In this document: piece after piece, positions 62,301 through 64,000 of the stretch
Numbering within the stretch: the first letter of the stretch is position 1
How the letters are laid out: each line of letters opens with the position of its first letter
Assembly: GCF_040938485.1 (NCBI RefSeq)
Contig: NW_027271682.1
Coordinates: 3,658,001-3,722,000 of the forward strand
Direction of reading: 5' to 3'
Origin: Diadema antillarum
Taxonomy: Eukaryota
Length of the DNA: 64,000 bases
Made by a program: the position numbers and the translations under genes
Notes under the pieces: generated by a model
Database searches by the model: none
The model's input: the letters and a program-made list of their open reading frames with translations, nothing else
Told to the model about the DNA's origin: nothing

Positions 62301-64000
62301 ATTTATGGAGGTTAGGGTGATGGATTTCTGGAGAGAGTCACGACTTGTGTCGGAGATGAGTGCAGATCCTGATGGAACATGGAAATAAGGTTTGATTGAT
62401 TGGAATCATGAAAACAAATCAAGAAGATTCTTGTTTGCCAGAACTTCAGGAATACCTTTGAGATACAGGAACACTGTTTCACTCTTCTCTGATGTACTGT
62501 CACTTTTTTTTTTTTGAAGAAGAAAATATATTTCTTTAATTTGTCTCTTACTTGATCTAGGAGAAAAAAAAACAACTAAGCACATCAAAAGTTTGCCAGC
62601 AAGTAACATTTTTACATTTTGAAAGTACCACCCCAAAAAGGGTCTTTGACTTACACTTGATTGATTCATTGAAAACATCTGTTTAGAAAGACAGATTATT
62701 AGTGACAGCCCACATATTACCCTGACTCAGAAATTAAAGCGAAGAAAAAATCTCTTCTGAACAGTAAATATAAACTTTGGTTGTACCATCGAGTGAAAAA
62801 TGTTTACAGTATACTTTGTGAATACATATTGATACTTATCTTGACCTTATTATGTACCTGTACATTTTTTAGATAGCTGGAAAAGTCTGTATTATATGGC
62901 TTTTCTTCTTTTAGAAGTAATCAGTATCATAACATCTAAAGCCTCATCCTACTTTGACCTTTGAACTGTTGCTTGGAATTTCTAGTTAAGTCATCAGACA
63001 CCGACTTTCTGGCTGTTTTTTTTTCCAATCTCTTCAGACTTTATACTTTTAAAGGAATGTGAAATATCCATGACTTTCTTCAGAACATACTACAAAAAAG
63101 AAAAATGGTTGGAAAGCCATATGGAAATTGGATATACATACTATAAAGAAAAACCAGTTTTGAGCATTTAGGATGTGGTAAAAAAAAGGTAATGGCAGAT
63201 TAGGCATTTAAGCACAAACGGTCATCTTAAAGCACCTTATAACTGTGTTATGTATCTTCTGTAGTAAATTTTGTATAATTTTAAAGCTTCATTTTTATGT
63301 AACTGATAGCTTCATTTAGACTGTAACTGATAATGATAATAGCAATAATCACAGTCAGAAGGACAGATTTTTGTGATATTCAAAGTTTGCCCTTGTTTAG
63401 AATCATTGTTTAGAATTGCAATTACATTATTGTGGGTGGCCAGCCCCACACTGTAAAAGTTTCCTCGAAGTTCTACTATGAATAATACTATTACACTATG
63501 TAGTAACAGGGGATGCTCAGTTGGCCATTCATTAGAATCCAAATGCAATAAGGGTAATCATTTAAAGATCCCCCAGGGGGTGCGTTGACTCCCCTCTGCC
63601 AAAGACATGATCATTGGCAGGTCAGCGTCGGGCCAAGAACCTTCTTCAACCTGGCATTTGAATGAGGAGTGTTTGGAGTGTGCAGTTCATGCAGGAGGCA
63701 CAGATCCACCCTGCTATCTCATAGATTGGTGTGGAGAAGGGGGGGGGGGAGGAGGGAGGGATGCAGCACAGATAATAATCTTTCTCTCTCAAGACAGAGT
63801 GAGGTTTTTCATACTTTGTAGCATTTTTTTTTATTAATAGGATAGGGCATTTCCTGTGAACTAACTTTAAAGTTTAAACCCAAAAGCTTCATGTTATATA
63901 TATGCACCGTAGCATGTGAACAGTTGTGATCTCGATAGGTTTACACTGATCAGAATTATCACAACAACAAAAAAGGATGATACATTGTATTTATTTCACA

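Noticed and set aside
63607-63760. W/C-containing ORF as the next TSR exon
   Set aside because: It lacks WxxxxWxxCSxSCG spacing and a phase-2 acceptor; the next exon is probably beyond the window.

Overview
This is AT-rich metazoan genomic DNA; the repeat families suggest a sea urchin or another invertebrate deuterostome, which is an inference. The window lies inside one very large + strand gene. Three coding exons (7337-7578, 24842-24959, 59192-59318) splice in frame to give an ADAMTS spacer domain followed directly by a thrombospondin type-1 repeat (TSR), most like the punctin group (ADAMTSL1/ADAMTSL3, C. elegans madd-4). The introns between them are 17.3 kb and 34.2 kb; neither the upstream cysteine-rich exon nor the next TSR exon was found in the window. 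The best new candidate is an exon at 36701-36857 inside the 34 kb intron. It has a strong Kozak ATG, a signal-peptide-like sequence and a perfect phase-1 donor, and looks like an alternative first exon for a short secreted isoform, recalling madd-4 L/S. The introns are rich in small non-autonomous elements: an 85-bp piggyBac-like MITE (8 copies), Kolobok-like and TA-target MITEs, a Harbinger-like MITE, a three-element MITE nest, two Helentron-associated elements, Nin/Deu-domain SINEs, an L2 3' fragment, a telomeric-repeat MITE and a 32-bp minisatellite. Most ORFs in the supplied track are not genes.
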